DNA of 64,000 nt from Nitrospinaceae bacterium (lineage in GTDB: Bacteria > Nitrospinota > Nitrospinia > Nitrospinales > Nitrospinaceae). Below the pieces are notes generated by a model that was not told where the DNA came from, searched no databases, and saw nothing but the letters and a program-made list of their open reading frames with translations. This document shows positions 28,688 to 38,543 of this stretch, one piece after another. Both the position numbers and the translations under genes were made by a program. The stretch lies in NCBI GenBank assembly GCA_965223665.1, contig OZ245011.1:2176001-2240000 (forward strand), written 5' to 3'. Every line of letters starts with the position of its first letter. Positions within the stretch are counted from its first letter, which is position 1.

Positions 28688-29260
28688 ATGAAAGCTAAAT
28701 CACTTGGTATGAAAGTAGTGGGTATGGCCATGCTGTTACTTCTCCTGGCGGCTAACTCTGCCTGGGCCAATAGAGGGAACGGCCCAGCCAGAGCATCCGC
28801 GGACATTTTTGGCTGTACCGAAGATAGTCCCGTAGAAGGAACGGCAAAACTTCGTGAACGGGTTTCCGAAGAAGGCGTCAAGCAAATTGAAATTAATATG
28901 CTGGTGAAAGGTTTAGAAGACGGAAAACATGCGGTTCATATTCATGAAGCTGCATCTTGTGAACCTTGCGGATCTGCATTGGGGCACTTCGATCCCGGCC
29001 CTAATGGAAACAGCAGCCCGGATGGCAACCATCCGTTTCATATGGGGGATCTTGAAAATATAGATTCCGGTCACGGTGTGGGTACATTACAAACCACCAC
29101 GACACGGGTCACCCTTTCAGATGGACCGTTAAGTTTGTTTGATGAAAATGGAAGTTCTTTCATCATTCATATTAACGAAGATACTTATTGTCCTGATGGA
29201 GTTGTCAGTGGATGCGCCGGAGGCGGAAGAGCCGCCTGCGGAATCATTTATCCAGATTAG
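28688..29260 (+). CDS. sodC: Periplasmic Cu/Zn superoxide dismutase family protein
   Basis: Signal peptide; HAVHIH, GHFDP, HPFHMGDL, IIH, GGGRAACG. Confidence 0.9.
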   Translation: MKAKSLGMKVVGMAMLLLLLAANSAWANRGNGPARASADIFGCTEDSPVEGTAKLRERVSEEGVKQIEINMLVKGLEDGKHAVHIHEAASCEPCGSALGHFDPGPNGNSSPDGNHPFHMGDLENIDSGHGVGTLQTTTTRVTLSDGPLSLFDENGSSFIIHINEDTYCPDGVVSGCAGGGRAACGIIYPD

Positions 29261-29351
29261 GTTTTGCTTTAATAGCAAAACCGGAGCCGGAGAAAACGCG
29301 CTTTTGCCCCTTGTTTTCTCCGGTTTTCTTTAGGTGAAGCGAAACCAAACT

Positions 29352-29386
29352 AAAGCCCTCCTGGCTTCCCGGGAGGGCTTTTCTTT
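29352..29386 (+). terminator. Rho-independent terminator after sodC
   Basis: AAAGCCCTCC...GGGAGGGCTTT stem followed by a T-rich tract. Confidence 0.7.
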
Positions 29387-29621
29387 ATCCTTCCGTCTTG
29401 CTATTTTCACCCAAACCGAAAAAACTCAACCCTTTCAAGCCGGCATACCTGGCCAATTTTCATTAAAAAAGAGAGTCGTTCCCGATAATTGCTGTTGATA
29501 TAATGGGAAAAGGGTACATATTGACCACGAAGAAAAAAAATGAGAAACTTCGACACATACGCACATAAATATTGGACTGGGAATTCTTAAAACTAGACTT
29601 TCAAATTCAATCGGCACTTGC

Positions 29622-30044
29622 ATGAAAAAACCCTTTAAAAAATTACTTACCGGAACGATAGGTCTTCTGATTGTCAGTATTGTTGGATTTCCTTCTTACC
29701 TGACAGGTCAGCACCGCAAATTAACCATTGTGCAGCCGTTCCACAACCAGGTTGTCAAAAGTCCGGTGACCATTTGCATGGAAGTAGAAGGTTTGGGGTT
29801 AGAACCGGCAAAACGAGGCGTTCGAGAAGGTTACGGGCATCACCATATCCTGTTTTCCTCCTTACCGGCGGACTTGAGTCAACCTATTGGCAAAAACGAA
29901 GCCATTCACGTTTCGGACGGATCCAAATGCAAAGAAGTCGACCTCATTCCCGGTCAACACATTATCCAATCTTTGTTTGCCTACGGGGACCACACTCCGT
30001 ATAACCCGCTGGTTCACGATAAAGTTCTCATCACAGTCGAATGA
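29622..30044 (+). CDS. Secreted DUF4399-like protein, paralog of 28203..28607
   Basis: LEPAKRGV...GHHHIL...DLSQPIGK...IHVSDGSKC. Confidence 0.8.
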   Translation: MKKPFKKLLTGTIGLLIVSIVGFPSYLTGQHRKLTIVQPFHNQVVKSPVTICMEVEGLGLEPAKRGVREGYGHHHILFSSLPADLSQPIGKNEAIHVSDGSKCKEVDLIPGQHIIQSLFAYGDHTPYNPLVHDKVLITVE

Positions 30045-30087
30045 ACTTCCCCAAAGCCAACCTTTCTGGCGCTGACTTCTCAATGAA

Positions 30088-31545
30088 TTGGAACGAAGTC
30101 CTGTGTTTTCTTTCCTAAAAATATTTTCGCGGTGGTCCATTCGTTTAAAATTTGCGGTCTGTTCTATTCTGACTCTTATTCTGATGACCCTGTTCATCTG
30201 GTTTTACTTCTCCCAAAAACAGGAAACGTTTGCCCTGCAAATTATGAAAACCCAAATTGAGGAAACCGCGCTGGTGCTTTCCGCATCGATTGGCGCCGGC
30301 TATAAACATCTCGACTTCGCCGCCATCAACGCATCCCTGAAAGGAATGGTAAAAAATCCGAATCTAGTCTACCTGGGAATTTTCAATACAAACGACAAAC
30401 CCACTTCCACTTTTAATCCCCGCAAACTGGAATTGAATTTTCAGGAAATGATCCACCATAAAACTCCCATCACGGAAGGAGAGGTCTATTATATTGCAAC
30501 GCCCATTCAATTTGAGAATGAAGTTTTTGGAAACCTGCTGATCGGGTACTCTCTCGAAGAAATTCATGAGCAGATAAGAACGAATACCTTTCAGGGTTTG
30601 TTCATCTGTCTGGCTCTGCTTCTTATCAGTACTCTTTTAATTATTTTTATCAGCCAGATCATCACGAAAAATATCAGCAAATTGAAAGACGCGGCCAAAA
30701 GCTTTGTCCCGGGGCGCAAATACAATTCCATTTCCATCCAGAGCGAAGATGAAGTGGGAGAACTGTCTACGGCGTTTAACCATTTGACTTCCGAGATCAA
30801 CTCGGTAGTCAAAAATCTGGAGACAAAAAATCAGGAGCTGGGGGACTTTATCAATATCGCTTCCCACGATATCAATGAACCGCTGGTCGATATCGCCAAC
30901 ATTCGCGACCTGATGGAAACTTCCGTTTCCATGTCCACGGTCGAAGCGACGAATCAGAAATACAGCAATTATCTGGAAACGATGCAAACGCCGCTCAAAC
31001 GAATTCGGCGACTGCTGACCGATCTTTTGAAATACTCTTACGTCATGGTGGAGACGGATTATCAGTTTCAATCGGTTCCACTGGAAAACCTTATTGAAAA
31101 AGTGATTTCGGAATTGGATGTTCAAATTAAAAAGTGCTGTGCCAATATTGAGGTGGGACCGATGCCCACCATTGAAGCTCATCCGTTTCACATTCAACAG
31201 GTGTTTACCAATTTGATCAGCAACTCCCTAAAGTTTCAGGAAAGGAATGCGGCTCCCCTGATACAAATCAATTCCGAAACGTTTGAAGACAAAGATGGAA
31301 AGACTCACTGCAAGATTTCAGTTCAGGATAATGGAATTGGTTTCGACAGCGATAAAGTTCAAGATGTGTTTAAACCGTTAGTCCGTCTGACCCCCAAAAG
31401 CGATTACGAAGGAACCGGCATGGGACTTTCCATTTGTAAACGGATCATAGAACGCCATGGAGGCACCATCACCGCCGAGAGCTCTCCCGGCCACGGCGCC
31501 AGGTTCATCATCACTTTGCCTACCCGACAACAACCCGCGGCCTGA
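30088..31545 (+). CDS. Membrane sensor histidine kinase (HAMP-HisKA-HATPase)
   Basis: Two TM segments, DEVGELSTAFN HAMP, ASHDINEPL, NLISNSLKF, DNGIG, GTGMGL. Confidence 0.93.
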   Translation: MERSPVFSFLKIFSRWSIRLKFAVCSILTLILMTLFIWFYFSQKQETFALQIMKTQIEETALVLSASIGAGYKHLDFAAINASLKGMVKNPNLVYLGIFNTNDKPTSTFNPRKLELNFQEMIHHKTPITEGEVYYIATPIQFENEVFGNLLIGYSLEEIHEQIRTNTFQGLFICLALLLISTLLIIFISQIITKNISKLKDAAKSFVPGRKYNSISIQSEDEVGELSTAFNHLTSEINSVVKNLETKNQELGDFINIASHDINEPLVDIANIRDLMETSVSMSTVEATNQKYSNYLETMQTPLKRIRRLLTDLLKYSYVMVETDYQFQSVPLENLIEKVISELDVQIKKCCANIEVGPMPTIEAHPFHIQQVFTNLISNSLKFQERNAAPLIQINSETFEDKDGKTHCKISVQDNGIGFDSDKVQDVFKPLVRLTPKSDYEGTGMGLSICKRIIERHGGTITAESSPGHGARFIITLPTRQQPAA

Positions 31546-31804
31546 CACCCCAAACCATTTTAACGGAAATAGGATATTAAGTTTGAAAGCTTTTATCAGT
31601 CGGTTTCGCATGGCTTTTTTGACCCAAAAATAATTCAAAATTGTGCTGGCATATTGGCATTCTCTGAATTACTCTTACAAATAGATTAAGACAGCAACCC
31701 CGGAGAGAGGCCCTTAAATAAGGGTAAAACGCTATATGGGCTGATCGCCAGCGAACCTTTTATAGAACATTGGCAACACCCATTGCAGGACCTATATTTA
31801 AATT

Positions 31805-32383
31805 ATGAAAGCCAATTATACCTGGAAAGATTATTGCCAAAGTATTGATGACGCGCTTTTAGACGACAACCTGGAACTGTTTCAATGCGCCATCGAGGCA
31901 GTCGAATTATTTATTATCGACCACTGCGAAAAGTTTCCACAAAACCTGTTTGCGGAGCTCATCCACCTCATCCAGCGTCATAAATTTTTTAAGTTCACGG
32001 ATGGCTTTCATCTACTCAATATTTTTGCAGATGATCTCGACCTTTTAAACACCACGCAGAAAAAAACTTTAGTGAAAACCTTAAAAGAGATTTATCCTCA
32101 GCTGGAAGATTCGGCAACCTGCGTCGTGGCCAGTGAAATTGTGATTGAGGTCATGAGCCCTGAAGACGCCTGGGAAACTCTGAAACTTTGGATGGCCGAC
32201 AGCCACCCTGCAGCTCGGGAAATCCTTCCTTATGCGTTAAGTTATTTTTACGATGAGTGTTCCCATGAAACTTTAAGAAAACGGATTTTAACCTCTCTTA
32301 AAAAAATGACAACCGACCCTAATCCAAACGTTCAACTGGAAGCCGAGTTCAATTTAAAAATGCTGACCCATAAGTATTCTTAA
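31805..32383 (+). CDS. Hypothetical helical (HEAT-like) protein
   Basis: 192-aa ORF with DSHPAAR and DPNPNVQ HEAT-like turns. Confidence 0.65.
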   Translation: MKANYTWKDYCQSIDDALLDDNLELFQCAIEAVELFIIDHCEKFPQNLFAELIHLIQRHKFFKFTDGFHLLNIFADDLDLLNTTQKKTLVKTLKEIYPQLEDSATCVVASEIVIEVMSPEDAWETLKLWMADSHPAAREILPYALSYFYDECSHETLRKRILTSLKKMTTDPNPNVQLEAEFNLKMLTHKYS

Positions 32384-32413
32384 TTTTCGAAAATTTTTTA
32401 CATACTCTAATTC

Positions 32414-32731
32414 TCACCTTGAATAAAACGCTATAAAACCACCAACATAGGCCAGAATTCCTACTAAGTTCAAACCCACTCCCAAACCTTTGTATTTTTC
32501 TTTACTTTTAAGAGCTGTAATTAATCCAGTGAATAAGAAAATTAAAGATGCTAAAAACATTAACCACAAAAATACTGTAGCCCATAATACGCTTGAATGA
32601 CTTCCCCAATTAAAATTTAAATTAGCGTACACAATTAAAACACCCGTTAAAATTAGCCCAACGCTTAAACTAAAGTACTTCACCGATAACGGAAGTTTTC
32701 CTAGGCTTGGATTTTCTAGGTTATTTCGCAT
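32414..32731 (-). CDS. Small membrane protein
   Basis: Three hydrophobic segments. Confidence 0.6.
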   Translation of the reverse strand: MRNNLENPSLGKLPLSVKYFSLSVGLILTGVLIVYANLNFNWGSHSSVLWATVFLWLMFLASLIFLFTGLITALKSKEKYKGLGVGLNLVGILAYVGGFIAFYSR

Positions 32732-32850
32732 TGAAACAGTCTCGCACGTTTTCCTGTAAATTTCTGGTAAAATAATTACTGGAAATTAACTCAGGGTCGC
32801 AGCATGAGTCCTGAACGTTTTTTGCGATCGATCAAAACCTGTGGGTCGTT

Positions 32851-33099
32851 ATGCAAATATTCATTACAATTCTGGCTACCTTTTTTCTTGTATTGGGTTT
32901 TTATTTTGTGAATACCCAAGGCCCGGATGCTTTTTCCTTCATGTTGTATTCTATGGAATGCGGTCTCCTGGCGGCGGTCTTTTATTCGTACAATCTTAAA
33001 AAAGTCCAAGGTGGGTTTAGAGTTGCAATGTACGTGGGAATTGTTTTAGCCAGTATCCAGTTCCTCTATTCACTCCTGATGTTTATTTTAATGGCATAA
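32851..33099 (+). CDS. Small membrane protein
   Basis: Three hydrophobic segments. Confidence 0.6.
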   Translation: MQIFITILATFFLVLGFYFVNTQGPDAFSFMLYSMECGLLAAVFYSYNLKKVQGGFRVAMYVGIVLASIQFLYSLLMFILMA

Positions 33100-33462
33100 A
33101 AATTATTCCGGATGGTGCCATCAGAGGAACCCAAAACTCTCCCTGTACCCAGCGCGAACATGTCCATTGAAATCCGAGTTCCTCTTCCCTGCAAAGACAT
33201 AAATTAATTTCGCATTCAAACAGTATCGCATCCCGCTCCCAAAATTCCAACCTGCCTAAACGAAAAGGTTTGTAAAACCGCCTCCTAACCATCCCCCCTT
33301 GCTATTCAACCTATTTTGTCTGACACTGAAATTATCGAGATAAACATCACAATAATTTTGGGAATCGCCAAAACCCTTGGCGTGGGTTTCAAGTCTTTTT
33401 TCTGCAGAAAGTAAAACCCGCCCCCAAGGACCACAGCCCTTCTCTCTAAATGGAGGTGTCTT

Positions 33463-33789
33463 ATGACATGTCGCATTTCTTCGAACCTGGGTTTCATCAA
33501 ATCCTGGATCCTTTACCAGTTGGCAGAGGAAAACTCTCCTCAAAAAGAAAGTCTGTTATGGACGGAAGAAAAAATGAAAGCCATGGTGACTTCGGAACCT
33601 GAACTGGCCCTCAGAACTTTCGGCGATATTTTAAAACTGGATTCCAGTGATCCGATCTGCACCTGTCTTGCCAACGGCCCTTTACACGAGTTTTTAGTTT
33701 TGCATGGAAATCAATTTACGAAACAACTGGATGAACTGGCTCACAAAAATGAAAAGTTTAAACAATTGCTGAGCAGCGCTTGTCATTAG
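33463..33789 (+). CDS. DUF6869-like protein (paralog of 34288..34653)
   Basis: EPELAL...LANGPLHEFLVLHG...NEKFKQLL; GGAGG RBS. Confidence 0.7.
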   Translation: MTCRISSNLGFIKSWILYQLAEENSPQKESLLWTEEKMKAMVTSEPELALRTFGDILKLDSSDPICTCLANGPLHEFLVLHGNQFTKQLDELAHKNEKFKQLLSSACH

Positions 33790-33809
33790 ACTGCACCCAA
33801 CATTAAAGG

Positions 33810-34043
33810 ATGCCTTTCCATTTAATTTCGATCGCCGAGGTTATATTAGAAATCATCTCTTCTTTTCTCTGGCTTTACCGCGGGTGGGCGTTTTTAATTT
33901 CCTCGAAATACAGAACGTCCTGCTTACAGGAGTGGAAAAAGTCGAGCCTTCTCTGGAAATTTTTTGATGTCCTTCTTACCCTGGTTTTTTTCATCGCGGA
34001 ATGGGTATTGCTTTATGATTTATTTAAATTACTTCTGATATAG
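33810..34043 (+). CDS. Small membrane protein
   Basis: AAAGG upstream; two hydrophobic segments. Confidence 0.55.
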   Translation: MPFHLISIAEVILEIISSFLWLYRGWAFLISSKYRTSCLQEWKKSSLLWKFFDVLLTLVFFIAEWVLLYDLFKLLLI

Positions 34044-34287
34044 AGTTTCCCCTTCAATCAGGTAGCTCAAATCCCATCCTTCCCTATTTCCATAATTCTA
34101 CCCACACTGAAACTTATTGAAAAAAAATGGCTTTAAATCAATATCTTGCCTTTTCCGATATTTTATTCGATAATAAAAATAGTCTTTATAGGGTGCGTCT
34201 TGAGGGGAGATGGGCCATTTGGACCTTTTGAAACAAAGGTTCCTGGGACATCACCGGACCCCTGATTAAACACACCACCACATTCAA

Positions 34288-34653
34288 ATGAACACGAAGT
34301 TTATTCACGCTTGGATTCTTTACCAGATGGCGGAGGAGAAATCTCCTAACCAGGAAAAATACTATTGGGCCGAGGAAAAAATGCAAAACCTCGTTTCCTT
34401 TGAACCTGAACTGGCCCTGGTCACTTTTTTAAATATTTTAAAACTGGATGTCAGCGAGCGAGTGCTTTCTTATCTGGCAACAGGTCCTTTGTTAGATTTT
34501 TTTGTTCTTCATGGATCCAAGTTTATTAGCTACGCAGAAGAACGGGCTCAAAACAATCCCAAGTTTAAGGAATTGTTACGCCATATGGATCAAAATACAA
34601 TTTCCGAAAACGTTTGGAAACGCATCGTCTCATTGAGAAGTGAGGATGAATAA
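34288..34653 (+). CDS. DUF6869-like protein
   Basis: EPELAL...LATGPLLDFFVLHG...NPKFKELL...VWKRI. Confidence 0.72.
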   Translation: MNTKFIHAWILYQMAEEKSPNQEKYYWAEEKMQNLVSFEPELALVTFLNILKLDVSERVLSYLATGPLLDFFVLHGSKFISYAEERAQNNPKFKELLRHMDQNTISENVWKRIVSLRSEDE

Positions 34654-34743
34654 ATCTATTGACGCCCAGATGAAAGGGTAGAAGAAGAAACCTGACTTTC
34701 AACCCCATTTGTTTGTAAGTATCACCACTAAACTACGATTTTT

Positions 34744-35412
34744 ATGAAAACTTTTCTGTCCACTCATCCAAACCGTATTCAAAGTATGGACAAGAAAACT
34801 GAATTCAAAAACCTGATCACCGAAGCGTATTTCTTACTGAAGAAATTCGGTTTTAAAAAGCGGAAGGAAACGTTTTATCTTTTACAGGATGACAATTGGG
34901 GACTGATCAATTTTCAGACCAGTCAAAAAAGTTGTCAGTCGGAAATCATTTTTACCCTCAACGTCGGCATCATGTCGCGCAGACTGTATCAATTTTTAGA
35001 ATCGAAAGCACTGCCCGATTTTCCACCCTTGCTGGATTGCCATTTACAACAGCGTGCGGGAATCTTATTGCCGGAGCGCGGCGACAAGTGGTGGCTCCTC
35101 AACGCAAACCATTCCACAAAAGATTGCTTCACTCAAATTAAAACCGCTTTGGAAAAATGGATCACTCCTTACCTTCAAAAAAATATGACGGATTCTAATT
35201 TGATTGAGCTGTGGGAAGACGGCACCTCCCCGGGTTTGACGGAGTTTGGACGGCTCCTGAACCTGTTAATTTTAAAAACACTCACGCTCACAAATCCGGA
35301 CACTGCACCTCTGATTTCTCAATTGAAAAAAGAGGCAAAAGATAAACCCATGGAAGACTATTTAGACACAGTGTTAAAAAAACTCAAACATTTTGAAGAC
35401 AGTCAAACTTGA
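34744..35412 (+). CDS. DUF4304-like protein
   Basis: LKKFGFKKR..F...LINFQ.S...FTLNVGI pattern. Confidence 0.7.
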   Translation: MKTFLSTHPNRIQSMDKKTEFKNLITEAYFLLKKFGFKKRKETFYLLQDDNWGLINFQTSQKSCQSEIIFTLNVGIMSRRLYQFLESKALPDFPPLLDCHLQQRAGILLPERGDKWWLLNANHSTKDCFTQIKTALEKWITPYLQKNMTDSNLIELWEDGTSPGLTEFGRLLNLLILKTLTLTNPDTAPLISQLKKEAKDKPMEDYLDTVLKKLKHFEDSQT

Positions 35413-35486
35413 ACAATCCTTTCCTGTCGCATCCGTTTTACCCACGGCCATTTTGAATTATTTGCGGACAAGAGGAACATTCCTTT

Positions 35487-35915
35487 ATGGATAAGATACA
35501 TTTCCAACTGGGTAACGTAAATCAAATTCACCAACCCAATTTTCATGACTCCCACCTTTATAAACTGGAATTCATGGAAGACGCCGTCGAGCTGGGTTTC
35601 AGGCTGGCGGACGGTGCGTTGTATCGCCTTCTCCTCTCAGGAAAGGTCGTCTTTAAAGGAAACGGTCTCAGAGAAGGAAATATTATTTTCAATATTACGA
35701 TTGAAGAAGGGGAGAACGCAGACCTGTCCCTGTTGAATGAAATTTTAGATATCCGTCCCGATACCACTATTAAGCAACAACACAATTATTTGCAGAATAC
35801 CCGGGATCAAGTTAAGAAAAAACAACTCAAGGTCATTTATATCAGCCCGTCCTATGGGGCAGAAATCATGGCTCTGTGTAAAACCATCGAAGTGTTTCCG
35901 GTGGAACCTGAGTGA
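35487..35915 (+). CDS. Hypothetical protein (immunity-like)
   Basis: FHDS.L N-terminus, GNII, PSYGAE C-terminus; GAGG RBS. Confidence 0.65.
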   Translation: MDKIHFQLGNVNQIHQPNFHDSHLYKLEFMEDAVELGFRLADGALYRLLLSGKVVFKGNGLREGNIIFNITIEEGENADLSLLNEILDIRPDTTIKQQHNYLQNTRDQVKKKQLKVIYISPSYGAEIMALCKTIEVFPVEPE

Positions 35916-35927
35916 GTTTGTTTAAAA

Positions 35928-36374
35928 ATGGGAATTAATCAGACCATAAAAAACAACCGAATTCGAAAAGGATTAAGTGAAGAAGAACTGGCACAAAAAA
36001 TCGGGCTCACTCTTATGGAATATCACGACATAGAAGCCTACCCCGACGAAATAAAAACCGTGACTCATTTAAAAGAAGTAAGACTTTTATGTAAGGCCTT
36101 GGACATAAATTTATTGGATCTACTTGGAGTGGGTGAAAAATTTAGAGATGAAAAGGATTCCATTCCCCGCAATCAACTTATCCAAAGATCCAGAGAAAAC
36201 TTAAATCTATCCAGGGAAGAATTAGCAGATAAAATCGGATTCGAAAAAATTACGGTGCAAGAGATTGAAAATGATGAAAGCTTTTTGGAGCAATGGTCCA
36301 TTGAACTCATATCCAATCTCGCTAGGGAATTATATCTTCCCATTGAGCGTCTTTTGAATAAAAAGAGTAACTAA
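35928..36374 (+). CDS. Tandem XRE-family HTH protein
   Basis: Two HTHs: RIRKGLSEEELAQKIG and RENLNLSREELADKIG. Confidence 0.8.
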   Translation: MGINQTIKNNRIRKGLSEEELAQKIGLTLMEYHDIEAYPDEIKTVTHLKEVRLLCKALDINLLDLLGVGEKFRDEKDSIPRNQLIQRSRENLNLSREELADKIGFEKITVQEIENDESFLEQWSIELISNLARELYLPIERLLNKKSN

Positions 36375-36375
36375 A

Positions 36376-36840
36376 ATGAACCGTTATACCTATGACACCT
36401 TTTCCAATATTGAAGGAGAGTTGTATCAATCCCTTCTCCATGTGGGAATGCAGTTTGCTAATCAGGGGGGATTTGTAATTCGGTCTCAGGGAGAGACGAT
36501 TAATCAAGTGCTGGAGGAATTTTTACCCTACTTCATCGAAGACTCCCTGCAATCCGCCTGGCCCGGAACCCAGTTGACTTCGAGCCAGGAAAGAGTGATC
36601 CTCTTTGAATTGAACCCAACCACTTTGGAATTGCTACAGCAAAACTCAAACTCTATTTTTTCCTGGATCCTACCGGACCTTCCTGAAGATTTATTTTTAT
36701 TGAGAGAAGACGGCACTCCCTGGATGGGTTCCGTAGCGCACGAGGAATACATCTTTTTTGAATTCACCGAGGAAGAATCCCGAATATTTTTTGAAGAATT
36801 CCCCACTCTCAAAAAACGCCTCACCAAATACAATCGTTAA
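36376..36840 (+). CDS. Hypothetical protein (immunity-like)
   Basis: WPGT, LPEDL..LREDG, SVAHE motifs. Confidence 0.7.
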   Translation: MNRYTYDTFSNIEGELYQSLLHVGMQFANQGGFVIRSQGETINQVLEEFLPYFIEDSLQSAWPGTQLTSSQERVILFELNPTTLELLQQNSNSIFSWILPDLPEDLFLLREDGTPWMGSVAHEEYIFFEFTEEESRIFFEEFPTLKKRLTKYNR

Positions 36841-36961
36841 CGGGAATTCACTCACCAAAGAGACTTCCTTATTCCCACTCCCCCTTGCCTTTTTTGAAAC
36901 TCTGTTTGATACTAAAACTAGATTATTTTGCTTGGATACGTTTCATCAAGGATTAGTTTTT

Positions 36962-37282
36962 ATGAACATCAAAACTATGTACCCGCTAACCCTCAAAAAC
37001 ATTGGCATTGATCTCCTGATCCTTGGGTTGTGCGCCACGTCCATTTTAATTGCGAGAAACAATACGGAGTCTCCGGCTCCCATGTGGCATTTCTATTTGA
37101 TGGTTTTTGCCGGTGGGGTGTTTTTATTTCGCTGGACTTATTTGTCCTACGCCTACTTTTATGGAAAGAACCAGCCGTCGCACCAAAGTTTATTTTTCAA
37201 AGCGCATCGTGCTTTTATGACCCTAGGAGCCGTATTGGCCTGCGGTATGTACTTCACCTTTATATTTATATTTTTGCTTTAA
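36962..37282 (+). CDS. Membrane protein
   Basis: Three TM segments; ATG 36962 preceded by AAGGA. Confidence 0.6.
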   Translation: MNIKTMYPLTLKNIGIDLLILGLCATSILIARNNTESPAPMWHFYLMVFAGGVFLFRWTYLSYAYFYGKNQPSHQSLFFKAHRAFMTLGAVLACGMYFTFIFIFLL

Positions 37283-37300
37283 GCACTCTATACATTAAAA

Positions 37301-37564
37301 ATGAACCACAAATATATGAAGCCTATTTCAACAATTGTTTTGGTATTGCTAGTGGGATACGGATGCATCCGCAGTTACGCAAGCCTTTCCAAAGGATATC
37401 CTTGGGAAGAAATGGATTGGAATAACAATGGGTCCACGTCTCCCTGGGAATTTTTACAAGCGAGTGACATAGGAATGCGACAAGTCAAAAGAAACGGAAG
37501 CAACTGCAAAGAGTATTACGCCTATAAAGATGGGTTAACCCTAAAACAGGATTGCGATTTATAA
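37301..37564 (+). CDS. Small exported protein with EF-hand-like loop
   Basis: N-terminal TM; DWNNNGSTSPWE loop; CKEYYAYKDGL. Confidence 0.65.
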   Translation: MNHKYMKPISTIVLVLLVGYGCIRSYASLSKGYPWEEMDWNNNGSTSPWEFLQASDIGMRQVKRNGSNCKEYYAYKDGLTLKQDCDL

Positions 37565-37624
37565 ATAATGGATTGTTTTAGAATCATGATCAACTCCCTG
37601 ATCCTTGCTCAAGAATGAAGGATT

Positions 37625-38320
37625 ATGAATTACATTTTCACCTATAAAAGTATTTATATATTTTTACTGACCTTGAATCTGGCAATTTTTACAGCATTTA
37701 TGAGTAAATATCCGATAAATTGGTTTGTATTTCTTCTGTTTTCCCAAATTGCATTTTATATTGGACTCAATTCATTCATACTTTGGAAAATAAAAACTCG
37801 GCGGGTGGGTGCCTTTATTTTTAAAGTGGATCGGGCAATTTCGTTATACAGGATGACGGAAGTCATCCTTTCTGGATGCTTAATGGTCGATTATTTTCTG
37901 AAATTGGTGGAATTACGTTCTCTAGCTCCTTTCTTTTTCTTCAATCCATTATCTTTAGTTTTCGTGGAGCCGGCTATGTTAATTTTAAAACTGGACGATA
38001 GGGTTTTCTATTTCTACCTATTACTGGGAATTCTTTTTTCTCTTGAGTTGATCAATTTTAAACTTTTAAAAAAGAACCGACAGGAACTGGAAAGCACTTT
38101 AAATCCAAAAATAGAAACCATTCCTGTTTATCCCATCAAAGTAAAATACCTGGAAGACAATGAAGAGTCTCTCCATTTAGACGAAATCGATCTCACCTGC
38201 GACCTGGAGTGGATTGACAGTGAAAACCCAGAAGAACAGGTAATGGTAACCGACGCTTTGGGCCGCGAAGTGATTTTAAAAATAGAATCCTTGGAACTTC
38301 TTAAGTTTGAATTGAAGTAA
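37625..38320 (+). CDS. Membrane protein fused to an acidic C-terminal domain
   Basis: Four to five TM segments, then a ~65-aa acidic domain (DLEWIDSE...VTDALGR). Confidence 0.6.
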   Translation: MNYIFTYKSIYIFLLTLNLAIFTAFMSKYPINWFVFLLFSQIAFYIGLNSFILWKIKTRRVGAFIFKVDRAISLYRMTEVILSGCLMVDYFLKLVELRSLAPFFFFNPLSLVFVEPAMLILKLDDRVFYFYLLLGILFSLELINFKLLKKNRQELESTLNPKIETIPVYPIKVKYLEDNEESLHLDEIDLTCDLEWIDSENPEEQVMVTDALGREVILKIESLELLKFELK

Positions 38321-38543
38321 ATATTTTTGGAATGGATGGGAAATTGCTCATGAATAACGGAGAAGATCATAAATTTTTTTTAAAGATACTTTTCGCTGCA
38401 ATGCTAGTTGCCTTTATTCTAGCTTATCTCGCCCCTTTCTTAGGTGACCTGGGAATTTGGCCGACGGTAGAACAGTAGAAATAACTTATAAATATTCTAT
38501 AGCCATGAAATCAACAATGTATTTAATCTCAAATTAAACCATC

